From Azolla caroliniana (lineage: Eukaryota; Plantae; Polypodiophyta): a stretch of 64,000 bases of DNA. The stretch is from positions 29,884,001 to 29,948,000 of the forward strand of contig JBHGNT010000001.1 of the NCBI GenBank assembly GCA_043228905.1, written 5' to 3'. This document shows, one piece after another, positions 1 through 17,000 of this stretch. A program made the translations under genes and the position numbers. Numbering within the stretch: position 1 is the first letter of the stretch; every line of letters starts with the position of its first letter. The notes below the pieces were generated by a model, which searched no databases, was not told where the DNA came from, and saw nothing but the letters and a program-made list of their open reading frames with translations.

Positions 1-130
1 AATCCCAAGGATTAAATGTAATCCTTCCCTTCTTTACACTCTCGTTTAACCCTCACGCCTTATCCATGGGTATAGAATACTACAGTACAATCTTACCATG
101 TGATATTATATGGTCATGCCTGTAACACAA

Positions 131-172
131 TCTCTCTCTCTCTCACGCGCGCACACACACACACACACACAC
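131..172. repeat. Compound (TC)n/(CA)n microsatellite
   Basis: tctctctctctctcacgcgcgcacacacacacacacacacac read directly. Confidence 0.9.
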
Positions 173-1758
173 AAATGATTGGGATGGACATTGTAACCTG
201 ATCATAGGATTTCATGTATTGTGCTCAAATGTGTGAAAAGGTTTGAGTGTAAGGTCATTAAAGATAAACAATTAAGTTTGAGCTCAGAACTTAAATGAGC
301 AAACATGCATTCCAAGATAGTTGAGGATATGTTACAAATAAGAAGGTTACAACATGGTGTTATACTAGATTGGAAATGAGAAGCTTTTGTGAAAGCCATA
401 TTTTCATTTTCAAGAAATGTAGTTTTTGACCAAGAGATACCTTGCGAAGGGATCAAGCAATGTAGTTCAAAGAAAAAATGGATTAATAATGTATGCTATT
501 AAGCTCAGAAGTATTTTCTGAGTTTAGATATAGTCAAGGATAAAGAAAATTATGAAAAGCATTTGCATGAGTACAAAAGACTTATTCAAAGAAAGAGAAG
601 AATATGGGAAATTCTTCAATAAATTCTCCAAACACAATAGAAAGCACATACATGTGCTAAATTTTGGAGACACCTAAACAAGATATGTGTTGAGAGTTAT
701 AGTTACTTTGAAATCTTATGGTCGTATCAATACATTGTAAGAACTTATATGAACAATCAAATGCATATGCATTATGATTCTCTTTCACATATGCCCCCTT
801 TACGATTGAAAATTTATGGCATAGGGCTTAATAAATTGGCCTCTTGAAAGCCAAAATACCTTCAATGTGTAAAGGTTGATTGAGTGGACAAGAAAGGAAA
901 CACATGCATTGCAACATGGCATGCCTAATGATGGAGAATACATTGGATGAAACCTTTACATAAAGGTGGATATATTGAACAAATATATCATTCCTAGTCA
1001 ATGTAGTGAATAATATATCATATCCCACCCATTCTACCATCATTACATCTTGGTTTTGATTTAGTGACAATACACATATAGAATGTAGTATATGAACCAA
1101 TCTTTCGCCACGTAATTGTTGTTTATTCAACCTCCAAATTGCTATATATGTATATAGATGGCCATTGTACACTCTTGGCAATGTATCACATTTTGCTTGA
1201 TATTATATTGCCTACAGAAATTGTGTGTGGAAGTAGCTCTAGCCTCCTACATATATATGTATTTAGTTGGGCATTTTCAACTCTTGGTAGTGTATCAGGT
1301 TTTGGTTGGACTAGTGTGAACCATCCAACCCTAGCTCTTGAAGGAGGAGAATTACGGGTTGTAGAGTGTTAATGGATTAGGCATAACTAATTGTAATATG
1401 TTTGCAAATGTTTAACCACCATATGCATACTCTTTCTCACTCTCTATCTTGTTACTCTTGCTAGGTCTTTGTATTGTGGAAAAAATCTTTTGTGTACAAT
1501 AACTTTCTTGTGTGTAGTGGCCTTTTTTAGCACTATTGTCGAGTTTCAAGACTCCTTGTGACTTGTGTTGGGTGCACATGTGACCTTATATTAATTGTTC
1601 GCATTTCCTATCTATGATTAGCATTAATTAACAAAAAGAAAGTATTGTACTACATTATCATATGTACTCTAAAGTATACTCTAGAATACTCTAAAATATG
1701 TCATACACTAAAGTTTTATGAATCTATAATTGGCTAAGGGAGGGAAAATATAATCCAC

Positions 1759-3561
1759 CTGGGAATGGCCAACGTAAAACATTCTTGACCTAGTTACATT
1801 ATAAACTAGCTCCACCATGCAAGGTAAGTCATAAGTTGCCAATTCATCCCAACTCCAATCCCAAAATTCCTGATATAAAGTAAAAAAAGGGTAAAAACAT
1901 AGACTTGCCATAAGCGGAGAAATAATTCCACGTAAACATGTGCCAAAACACAATAATGTCATATAGGGTAAAAAAAGTATGCGTAAAGAGCAACAAACTT
2001 ATAGGAGACCTTTGAATTTGGTGATAATGTCATATGTGCTTGACTACTTTGTGTCCCACGAACATTGCCAATCCACACATCAAAACCTGCATCTGCAAGT
2101 ATGAAACCCAAGGATTGCTCGGGCGAGTTCAAAAACCATGATTCTCCACCCTATCAAAACATGGAGGAAAAATTAATGCATGTATTGAATATACTTTCAT
2201 GATTGTTGTGCTTACCATCAAGAGATATTCACTCCACTTGCCATGAATAACCCATGTTGTAAAAACACAGGCGGTCTTGAACTCATCATACTTTGATCGT
2301 ATCGACCATAAGGGATTCTTTGAACGCCAAGTATGAAACCATCACCTGTAATGGTCTACATGCATAATACCAATATCATTTGCCACTAAAACTGGCATTT
2401 AATCCAATCTCTTTAGGTGTCACGACAACTCTTGCCATGTGTGTGTGTGAGATTCTCTATCCCCTTATTGCGTTTAGTTTAGGGTTTTGCATTCCCATAG
2501 TAATTCGTATGCAATCTTAGGGGATTTATTTCACGATATGGCAAAAACATTAGCAGTGAAGGAGAAGGAGATTTCTCAATTTAAAGGAAAAAATAAAGTA
2601 TGACTATGACCACATGGAATGTGAGGGGATTGTGTTCTAGATTTAGAATGCATGAGGTTTAGAGGATTGTGCTAAGTGAGCAATGGGATGTTTTATGTGC
2701 AGTAGAGCATAAAGATCATTGTAATGTTGGATTAATTAGTTATTCTAAGGGTTATACACTATGTTATGCTGGCACTGTTCATGGGGATTATTTTGGGATT
2801 GTCATGTTTATAAGAGATGGAGCTTTACCATTGGGGGATGCATTAAAAAAAAGAAACATTATTAAAGGATTGTGTTTCTTTTGTTCGATGGAATTGGAAC
2901 ATAATAGGCATCGATTTCTTTCATACCCGATGACGATGATGGTTTGGAGGTCTATCAGTTTAGGCGTGGATGTTTCTAACTGGAGTAAGCATATCTTCCT
3001 TCAGTTGGGTGTTTGCACATATGGAGAACAATGAACCAATGCCTCATTTCCAAATTAATTTTGAGTTCTTGATGTATTAGGGCTTATGGTCGTGGTAATG
3101 GACAGTGCTAGAGAAGTCATGAAGTGAGAGAGCTATGCAAGGTCACATATTCATCATATTCGCCATTTGAATTGGTGTGTAGGGTGACATTGAGTTTGGA
3201 GTCGTAGTAGTATTTAGATCCCTATAAGGGTTCTATAGTTTGTAGTAAGTCAGTCATGGTGGTGTATTTTTCTTTCGTAATGAAAGCCATTATTTACAAA
3301 AAAGAGAGAGAGAAGGGATTGGAACTTTCCAGTCAAACATAATGGAAATAAAGGAATAATAAAGAGATGTGGGAGAAACATAATATAAAAGACTCAATGA
3401 CATTTTAGCATTAATAAATTTACCTTATAGTCGATGCAAGGGTATCCTAGAGGTTTAGCTATGGAAGAGCATAATACACTATTCGGGCTTGCAAAGGCGT
3501 ACTGAATATTTATAAAGAAACAAAAATAGAAGAAGCAACACCAAAATTGTGGGAAGACCAT
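1759..3561 (-). CDS. Secreted triacylglycerol lipase (LIP1/LIP2-like alpha/beta hydrolase), 5' exons only; the gene probably continues left of the window
   Basis: GT-AG exons at ~3561-3424 (MVFPQFWCC... signal peptide, [17 protein letters not shown]), ~2355-2220 ([13 protein letters not shown]...PPVFLQHGL), ~2150-2010 ([29 protein letters not shown]) and ~1870-1759 ([16 protein letters not shown]...YVGHSQ, start of the GxSxG nucleophile motif). The exon after GHSQ was not found in 1-1758. Confidence 0.85.
2600..3200 (+). mobile_element. Degenerate LINE 3' fragment (zf-RVT-like) inside lipase intron 1
   Basis: ORF 2669-3034 has [14 protein letters not shown]...[19 protein letters not shown]...VW, which resembles the CxxC...HxFxxC zinc finger at the end of plant L1 ORF2. 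No RT core is seen. Confidence 0.5.
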
Positions 3562-5829
3562 GATGAGAGAGAGATAAAAAGAGGATACCCTTTTGTGCTT
3601 TCAAACATTAAGGTGTGCTTTTAAATACGATTAAGAGCTTAACATTCTATTGTGTCCATATTTGCCTAATTTACATGCCTCATTATTCTTTATCCCTAGC
3701 TTATGACACAAAACTGTCATACATGATGTTTCAGGATAGATACGGTTTAGAACATACATAGTTCATGACATAGAACCATCATAAGAGATGCGTGTGCAAT
3801 TCACAATTTACAATTCACAACCATCAACCACATCTCTACATAGTTGCTCGCCTCACTCTTTCACTGGATCTTCTAATTTAGCTCATGAAGGATGATTATC
3901 CTTGCCACTTCAAGGGCCAATTGCGTGACAAGGTTCAAATTAAAATTGCAACGTTTACAAGTCAAATTCTTGAGAATTGAAATGAGTTCCTTGCACGCTA
4001 CATGAAAGTGTTTTCGTTGGTCATATTTCATATTTGAATACAACTGTTAAATAGATATATTATTAACATCTAACCAATGAGTTCCATACACACTTCATGA
4101 AAATGGTTCCTTTAGATGTTTTTCATATTCAATGATAATAGACGTATGGACACATTTCTAAGAGTTCCATACAAGCTACGTGCAAATATTTCTTTCGGTC
4201 ATATTTCACATTCATGGACAATAGGCAAATAGATCGATATATTGTTAACATCCAACAAAGAAGATACAATGCTCATAGTGAAAAGGGCCAACCATATCTT
4301 ATGAAACATGCAAAAGGTTCAAATATGAATGACATGTTTTGATATTAATAAAATAAAAAGATCAACATTATAATCGACTTTCAAGTAATGACCAAGTAGT
4401 TAAATGCTACCACTTAATGATTTGAAAATGAACAAGTTGTTGGAAATCTTAAAGGGACAAAACAAGTTGGTAAACATTTCAATCAATAGGTCCAACACTT
4501 TGTGCATGTTGAGTATGGAAACTAGATTGGTTTTGGTCCAATGTAAAATATCGTTATCCATGCACAATCTAAAATGTGGATACTTGAGGTAGAGTGTATT
4601 ATATTGTTTTATTTGTATTTGGACAACTTTATCCATCCGCAACCTTAAATGTGGATAGTTGTGCCAATGACTTTGCCCATGCACAATTTATATAGAAGTT
4701 GGATAACTATGGTACACATTGGACCAACGGCTGATGATATAAAAAGGTTAGGTACGATCTTGTGTACTTCTCATTCACTCACTTACATTGGCAATTGAGT
4801 TCATGGTGTTATATGCATGATGGGATATTGTGTATGACACTAGGTACAAAAACACCATATAATGCATGTGCGTTTGTTGAAGAGGTTAATAGAGGACCAA
4901 AAAAGATGTCTAATGACAAAATGACAAGTGAGCTCTTGAAATTGAGAGGACCACAAATTGGCCAATGCATCACAATTATCACGAATGAAGCTATGAAGCA
5001 AAGTTTTTAGAAGATGGACTCATGATTTGGATAAACTAATCCATAAACGAGGAGATGAAAAGTTGGTACCCAACTAATCAAATTATGATGGTTAGCTTGG
5101 TTATGACCAAGTTATATAAATCTATCATTAAATAAAATAATTAGCTCATGGATTTAACATCATTAGTAACGAGAACTTGTTCAAGCAAGCTTTAGACCAA
5201 AACATTCCACCATTTGCTTATGGAAGAAACTAAATTAAAACACTTACTTCATGAAGCCTTTGACATTTGCCAAGAAATGAGCTTTGCAAAAGAATGATAG
5301 GGATTAAAATGCCAGAAAGTATAAAAATAGATTATTTGAAAGGATATGCACGTAGTCTCATATTCATGAACTCAGTCGGAGGGTAAATCCTGGATTTATG
5401 TATGAGCCACCTTGTATAGTCTTTCTGTAATAATCTCTCCTAACTAATGGGAAAGTAGCTTCTTTTTGGAAAAAAAGAAGTATAAAATAGATGAAGCAGG
5501 ATATCTTCTTTATACTTCTTTTCGCAACAGTAATGCATCACAAATTAGGAAAGATATGGAGGCTCACCTTTCACGTATTATACTGCTTATATTGCGCCAA
5601 ACTACGAAACATCTTTTTATCCATATGAGGAAATTGAACTTATCGATATATATTGAGTTCGTCTCTTTCCATGGTATTTGCACCATTGCTTGCAATATAA
5701 CATATCTCACATTCTCTTTGATGTGAGACTAGGCATTGAGTAACAAGCAAGGAGATTTGTTGAACATATTGAAATATTAAGTTTAATTGTCCCACAAGTA
5801 ATGGACGCAAATGTGTGTGTCAATTGGTC

Positions 5830-6030
5830 AACATGTGTGTGATCACACAAATGGTATGAGCGCATGTGCATTAAAACCTACTCACTCCCTTGTCCTAACC
5901 TTTTTAACTCCCATCTTATACAACTAAGTGTCCAACATGTGTGATCATACAAGCTGTATGTGCACGCGTGTGTGCATTAAAACCTATCACTCCCTAAACT
6001 GTAACTTTTTAATTCACTTCTTATACAATA
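5830..6030. repeat. Diverged tandem duplication, ~105-bp unit
   Basis: atgtgtgatca...gtgcattaaaaccta...cactccct...tttttaa...tcttatacaa occurs twice in succession. Confidence 0.65.
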
Positions 6031-7672
6031 ATGTAAAGATTATTCTAGATCTACCTAAATCATGATGATAATGACGGGGTAGTTACAATCTGAAGTAAAG
6101 GTCATGCTATATAGAACAACTTCTCCCCTTTTGTAAGTTGTTGGTTTGTTGTATTTCCTTAGTGCTAATATGCATACTTGTCTTTAATCTCTCGCACACA
6201 TAACACATACATACAAATATTTAATTCATCCATTGCATGATAACATACCTAATTCTTTAATTCTTTATAGATTACTCATGCATATTCTTGCCCGAAACAA
6301 GTTAATGATTCTAAATTATACACACTTTGGCCAAACTTAACTTAAACCAATCCAATGTGATCTCTCAATTGACACATTGATGAGTAAAGTTTTTGAGCAC
6401 CAAGAGTCACCACTCAATCCCACACATACTACATGAAAATGTTTCATCTCCAAAGGACAACAAAAAATCAGTTTGTCATTGAAAATGAGAGAGGATCATT
6501 AAATTGATTATTTATTTGTTGTCTTTCATTGATTATTTCATATAATATAATGAATCATGTACAATATAATCATATATTTGTAAGTGTTTGTTTATGGACT
6601 TTAAGGGCAAAGGTTAATTATTAGTAAGCCTATCTTTGAGTTGTTTTATCTTTACTCTTTTCTTTCCTAACTAATCACAGCAATCTGCTATTAGTTAACT
6701 ACTCTAACAACAGACTTAATTACTACTGATCTATCCTTGTGAATTAGTTAATGAACTATATAAGTTAGTTGATTGGGTCATCAAATTTAATAGATGATTG
6801 TCAAATCAAGTCGTTTCACATGAGAAACATGGAAACTAGGGGAAAAACTAAATGTGAGTTAAAATGCTTGAATAGAGGTTCAGGACAACAGGTACCAATT
6901 GAGGGTCAGTACTAGGGTTGGAATGCAAAGGAAGAGAACAACTACATGCTTAGACTCATCTAGATACAGTTGCTGTGATGGGGAGATCCTAGAACACGAC
7001 ATCAAACCACTAACAAAAGCCATCATTGAGATTGCTTTTGCCATAAGTGGCCAAAAAACTTGGCAATCTATAGTGTTTTAGAGACCTCTCGTGAATTGTA
7101 CTGACAATTTCTCATGGTTAAAATTCCAACATTAATCAGCAGGAAATTTAGCAAAATATTACTTATACAAACACAGGTAATGCTTCACTAAACATCAGTT
7201 ACACCAAATATAATCCAAGACAAAGAAATCAGGAAACATCACATAATAACAAAACGATAACGGGAATAAGATTATATAGAGTGGAATAAGATTATAATTG
7301 ATGATCAGGATTTCTATTCTTCAAGGAAGTAAAAAGAATTCCACTACCCATATACAAACATGCAAAGAATTGCAAATGAAATCGAATATACTATTAATAA
7401 CAGAAGTTAGCATTAAATCACTACTCAAATACCGCAGACCGAAAAGGATTTGAAACAGAAACTCTTTCATATTAAAAAGGGAAATATGATCTCAATTGAA
7501 ACCATGTCTCTTCAAATTAGAGACCACTTTCAATGTTTGCTACAAATCACAGCTAGTTTCGATTGTCATTGCAGGGAGAAAAGAAGAACCAAACTTGGAA
7601 GGCAGAGGAAACATGGTAAGAAAACGTTTGATATCACCATCAAAATTTCTGGGCAAATTCCGTTTAACACAT

Positions 7673-10276
<2,604 letters not shown>

Positions 10277-10411
10277 GGCTGTTGAAGCTGAAATTCACAG
10301 AAAGGAGGGAGGAGGAGGAGCTGCTGCAGCTGCAGCTGCTTTCGATTGAGTTGCTGGGAGAGATGGAGTACGCGATGAAACGCGAAGAGAAGGAGAGAGA
10401 GAGAGAGAGAG

Positions 10412-10419
10412 AAACCCTA
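10412..10419. promoter_or_regulatory. Telo-box (AAACCCTA) next to a GA tract upstream of RPS14
   Basis: gagagagagagaaaccctag lies ~140 bp upstream of the ATG. Telo-boxes are an established motif of plant ribosomal-protein promoters. Confidence 0.6.
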
Positions 10420-13400
10420 GCTCAAATGGACTCCACTTTTACACACCATCTCCAGTCCACATTAGAACGAACGGGGGGGGGAGGCTTCTTCTTCTTCTAT
10501 CAAGTCCCAAGCCTTTGTCCGTCTATTATTATGTCCGTCCCAAGCCATTGTTGTGCCTATGTCTTGTCCCTACTCCGTGCTCCACCACGTATTCGTATTC
10601 GTACGTATTAGTACCTATTCGTATTAATACGTATTAGTATGTATTCGTATTCATGTCCTTGCTCGTGCACGTCTCAGTGCCCGTGCCTACTTCTAATGTC
10701 CATGTTTCCCTTTTCATGCTCCCGTTCACATTCCTCTTCTTGCTTCTCTCAACATCCGTGTTCCTCGAACCTACTCCTTATTTGCTCATGCGCCTCTGAA
10801 TTCGAAAGATGTGGATTATCTATGTTTCTTCTCTATTGGCAGAAGTCCGGCATAGTTATCAACGAGTTATTGCCATTACGGGATTCAATCTCGTACTTTG
10901 GTCCATTCATTGTGGAAGCTATGGAATACAATAACACGTGTCAATTAAGAAGTCTCATATATGTATGGAAATTCACACAACACGAGGCATAATTAACGTG
11001 ACCCACCATTGAGCTATTCTGGAATGCTTTTGTCCAATCTTCCCTAAAAGGTTCAATGTCATTATTGACCGCTTTCTATCATTGAATAATCAAATACGTG
11101 TATCTTTGTGCATTGTGTGTATTTTTGTTTCTGTTAATTTTGAGTGCTCTTAAGGTTAATTAGTCCTCCCCAAAATACAAGAAAGTATGATTTTGTAATC
11201 CCTCAAAGCATAGATGCGACAAGGGCTTTTGCACCTTACATTCAAACTAGATATTAATGCACACAATCATAAAGACCCCCTAACTTGGTGATTAACGACC
11301 ACTTCTAATTCAACTCCCAAGAAAACCATCCATACTAATGAATTCTTGTTAAGACAAATGAGATAGGGCAATACTAATGCAACAAAGAAGAAAATAAATG
11401 CACATAGTATAGTACCATGAATTTTTCACAAATAGGGATGAAGTGTGTAGCATCTCGTAAGGAAAACATAGAAGCAATTTGACGTGTGTAGAGAAAAATT
11501 GTCTATCCCAAGTATTATGCATAAAGATATTCCGATTGAAAATTCTGAGGACAAACAACAATTACGGGCATAAAGCCTCATATCACATACACCGTAGTGG
11601 TAATCCTTTTTATCCTTGAGGAGTTAAACGAGATATAAAACACAGATATTAAAGATGAATGTACCTCCAACAATTCTATGGTTAAATTCTGAATGTGGCA
11701 GAGGATAATATATCTATGATTCCCACAAAAAATACACAAGCACATTTAGAAACGTAGAATGATATCTAAAAGTAGGTTTGCAAAAATGGAAGTAGAAGTG
11801 GAGTAACATACTTTAACGAAAGACTCCAGATATTCATTTTTACAGAATCTGCAACCTCTGAGTACATAATCAAGAAAAACTATGGCTCATTTACCTCAAT
11901 AGCCAATCACATCACACACTGATGCAATCAAATGTCACAAGATAGTGAGCACAAGGAGAATCTCTTTAAGGTTGGCTAATGAAAATTAAACTCGCAGCAT
12001 CTCATGTATTCAGATTGGGAACCTGAACCGAGGAGCTATCATCATGCAAACACACTCAAAGATATGGGCTTCTAGACACATATCCCATACTTACCAGCTA
12101 GCTTTGGAATGTCATGTTACTGCATTAGTTGACAAATGGTTCAGTCACTGAGTTTGTCCAAAACATCTAAAGCCTAAGGAATGAATATTTTCACTCATTT
12201 TTTGGATCAAACACATCAAGAACATGGATTGCAGCCCATGGCATACCTCCAATTCTAGTGTAGAGATGTACCAGTGCTGTAACACTAAATGAAAAGTAGG
12301 ACCTCTTTCCTGGTGTCGAAAGAAACATCACAATAAGATATCTTATACACCAGGTTGAACATCGATAAGGAAAGGATTGCATATCCACCAGTTATGGCAG
12401 ACACATGATTCATTGTGCATGCGCTTCATTGTACTTCTTAGAATACCAGACAATCGATGAAATGAATATCCATGCTACAAGCATACGAGAATGCTGACAA
12501 ACCAAGCTGATGACATAGCTTAGTTTGTTAGACAAAGGTTTTGAGTCCAAGAATGCCAAATTTTCTCATCATTAGGAATTACACAGGACCAAATCTGTGG
12601 TCTGAGAGGATGACAAGCTACATTTAAATGTACATGTGGTAGCAGGGCACACAATATTGTTGTTACTTTACCAAATGCCATAAGGTTTTTCTAAGAGGGA
12701 AAACTACATAATTGAACCAGATTGGTCAGTGATTGATAACAGGGTTCTTACCAAACCATCGAAGGAGTAGAGACAATATATGAAAAGGTTTGTATGTAGG
12801 GAATCAAATCAGTCTACCCTCAGTTGGCCATGGGTCGCGCAATTCACAAAGCACACACTGTACAGCCAAGAGGTGATGAACAGCAGTATCATCAGTGAAT
12901 TATTAAAGGGTCTTCCATTATTCACAATATGCCACCAGCTAGCCAAAATGATGATGTCAGATTGTCCAATTATCAACTATATGTATAATGGGTTTCCCGT
13001 CAAATAATTTGCTACCAAGGGAATCGTCCAGCCACAATATGTTTCGCACATCCCCAAGCCATGTTGGGGATATAAATGTCAATCCAATCCAGGTCTACAA
13101 ACTTCCTTCCAGGGCAAAAATTTGTGAGTGCAGGCAGCAAGCCTATCTACAGCCTTTTATGCCAGCTATGCATAGACTTAGACCAAGGAGAATTATAGCC
13201 AGCATTGTATCAGATCCAATGACATTATCTGTAAATAGATAGGGACAGTCCCCTTCCCAACTGGAGATACGTAGGTCTCTTTATACTAAAGATACAGTGT
13301 TAACCATTCTGAGTAGCAGAGACCCAGTGATGGCACAGTTCATTTCAACAGTTAAATCTCAGTTTCTTCACAAGCACCTCTAGAAACATCCCAATGACAA

Positions 13401-14039
13401 CACACCAGGGTCCTCATTCATCAGAAATACCACTTGATAAAGCATGACAGCGGATAAATGGATCCTCATCATAATGTTTATAAGACAGCCACAGATATAT
13501 GGTTCCTCATCAGAAAGTACGCCCTACTTTGGCGGATCCAAGTTATTGTCAGCACTACCATGCGCGCCCACACACCCAAAAAAAAGGAGTTCATGGAGTG
13601 ATGTTTCTTTTACACTGAAAGATATAAATGTGAAACAACATATTGACAAATAGATGGAGTAGATAACAAAGTACATGCAAATGTAGACCATACTCTATCC
13701 AAAGTTGCTTCTTCGAGAATGTGAGAATGATGAGCAGACTCAGACATGAAGAAGTATACTCCCTCATGACGCTAGAAACAGAATCTATAGTGACAGTAAG
13801 GACTCAAGATTATTACAGAATTTCCTGAAATATCAAGTTGGTTTGGTGGTCAGGTATCAATCATACTACAAAACCAGCCTTAAAAGACATATGAAATTAT
13901 GCTTGACATTGTTAATAGAAATAGCAGTATGCAAATATTTTTTATCAAAATTCTGGCAGCTAAACCTACTGCCAGTTCAATAAAATTCAGCATCTATAAG
14001 CATCACATGCTCTCTTTAGAAAAACCCAATATTAAAATC

Positions 14040-17000
14040 TCATTTAGAAGCCAATTCTCCAGGAGGTGGCCGTTGACGCCCATCAGGAATTGCAAGAAGA
14101 CAAATTGGTTTTGATGATCGTATGAAAGGCACATCACATCTGAAGTATCCTTTCCTCTCTAATTGAATGATCTCACCTTGCTTAAGGTTCCGCAAATTAG
14201 AATCACCCAGAGCTGGAGTTTCCACTCGAGTAACTGGGTTTAGAACTGAAAGGAAGTCGTCATCTTCCTCCAACTATACAAAAGTTGTCACCCATTTAGA
14301 TTAACTACAAATCTACTTATAAGGTATCTATGCTTTTTAAATTAACAAAATCATTCACCTTTTTCTTTGTAATTAAGTAATCCAATTCCACCAACGATAT
14401 ATTTGTAAGTTCTGGGGAGTCAGGCAACCATGTAAGCTTCAGTTTAGTAGTCTTTACAGAACCTTCCAAATGTAACCGCCCTTCTATACCAGTTACAGTT
14501 CCATTGCTATCTTTTTGCACTGTTTCAACTATGGCATTACCCCAATCCATTAGTGTAACTTCCTCTCCATCTGAAACAGCTGCTGCATCGGCACCTTCCA
14601 GCCATATCTGTTTGGTAAATGTTGTTGCTTTTTTCCCTGCTCCTTCAAACTTCTTATGTCTTGCAATAACACGTACAAATGGTGTTTCAGGAGCATTCTT
14701 TAATGTAAAGAGAACTCGTCCATCTTTCACAATAGCTGTATGCCGTGGACAGATTGGATCAATGATCTTCTTATTTATGGTCCAAAGCTTGTCCCACTCC
14801 ATGAGATTCAGATTTCTCGATGCTCCCTGCATCCAGAAGGTTGATCACATACCCTTCAATAATAGTGAAAACTTTCAACAAAGCTTACCTCCACCAAAAT
14901 GCAACACTTTCAAACAAAACTTACCTGAGACAAAATAAATTGTTTCAATGCTTCAATTGTCAAGCCTCTCCTCAGAATACCTCGAACAGTTGGGAATCTG
15001 GGATCATCCCATCCATCTACTTTCCGATTTTCAACAAACCAGTGTAGTTTCCTTTTGCTTAAAAGTGTGTATGTCATGTTCATTCGGCTAAAATCCCATA
15101 CATATACCTTGCGTAATCCCATGTCTTGCAGCACTTTGTTGTATTGCTCCCGACGATCATAATACTCACTTGATCGGAGAGCATGTGTAACACCCTCAAC
15201 ACTATCAACAAATGGACAAGCAAAATCATAGGTTGGATACACTTTGAATTTATCACCAGCCCTGTGGTGATTTGCACGTGGATTGCACCTGTAATATACA
15301 GGATCACGCATTGATTTGTTCACAGCTTGCATATCAAATTTTCCTCTGACGCAACATTGCGCTCCTCTATCACTTGCAACCATCATTTCCTTCCACAGAG
15401 CTAAATTTTCCTCCACAGACTGATTCCTGCACTTAGACTCAATTCCATCCATCCTTTCCTTTTGCATTTGTTCTCTTGGAGTATCATCAACATACGCTTT
15501 GCCCTCGCGTATCAATTTCTCTGCCATTTCCATCAGATCTGGAAAATAGTCAGAAGTATAACTGACCACATCACCCTTCACCCCTAAAGTCTCAAGATCC
15601 TCCATGATACAGTCAATAAACTGGCTATATTCTTTCTCAGGATTTGTGTCATCAAACCGGACAATCAATCGACCACAGTACTTTTGAGCAAAGTACTGGT
15701 TTAATAGAGCAGCTTTTGCATGTCCTATATGCAAGTAACCACTGGGTTCTGGGGGAAACCTGGTACATACTTTTCCCATTTCAGCATCTGGAAGGTCAAT
15801 TTCAAATGATCCTTCAACTTTTTCCTTTTCACCCTTCTCAACACCTTTGGTTGCATTTGCATCAACTCTACCAGCGCCTTTCTTTACAACATGTTTAGAG
15901 AACACATCATCCAGAGTTTTGAATTCATTAAGAATTGAATTGTACCACCGTACTAAATGAGGAAACTTTGCCGATTTTCGGAAACTTTCCCACCTCTGCC
16001 CAGCACCTGAGGAGCAAACAATGATTGAAATAAAGAGAAAACTCTCACGAATATAATGTAACCAAATAATAAAACAGAGATACAAATAATCCATATTAAC
16101 AGCAGAATGTAAGAGATTTACACAATAAAAAAGTGCTTCCCCCAACAGCACTTAAATCATACTTCTATACTGGCTACTACATAAACATAACCTAAGTACT
16201 TTGGACTGCACAATAAAGGTATATTGCAAGCAGTGTACATGAAGAGAACAAATGAGTGTCGATTTTTCTTTAATAAACTCATATCAGTGCATGATCAGTT
16301 AAGTATTTCACAGCAATAAACCATAATGCACAGAAGATTATACTAACACAAAGTACATAAAGCATCAATTTTCTATCAAATTCTAAATACTCTGGCATTG
16401 GCTATACCCTTGAGTGTATATAAGCCTCCAAGTTTATTCAATCATATAAAAGTGTAGCTTGCAAGATTCATTCTTAGTTCTGCACAGAGATACCCCAGAA
16501 GGTACTTTATGCTTTGCATAATGGTTTAATTTTGCTTTAATTGCTTGATCTTTAAATTTCATAGTGCCATCTCTTTGAAATTTGGTTCATTCATAACAGA
16601 TGTAGTCGGCGTGACCAGGAAGTGTCAATTTTCTCCTCTCTTGTGACATTATATCATACAACATATATATGTCGATGTAGATATATGTACATGTGTACAT
16701 GTATGCATGTGTGTATGCACGTTTGTAAATATGTATGCATAGTACATCTACATAGCACAAGCAGATGTATTAGGTGCTCCTTGGAATTCTTGAGGTTAAA
16801 CAAAACAATATTATATAGCAAGGGTGAAATTGTTGAGGGCTATTAGTCCCTAGACAAGAGAAGCCACGGCCAGCAGTCCCCAGCATCGGCATGTGGGCAC
16901 TCCAGTTACTATAGGTTCTACTGTGTGGAGATATGGGCGTCTAATTATACAAGTGTTGTGTGAGAAATAGTTTTCATTTCTTCACAGAACTAGAGATTTA

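Noticed and set aside
200-1400. Short ORFs that might be transposase remnants or further lipase exons
   Set aside because: No recognisable motif could be supported by eye.
3700-5300. Possible decayed DNA-transposon coding sequence
   Set aside because: Only short ORFs with no diagnostic motif, TIR or TSD found.
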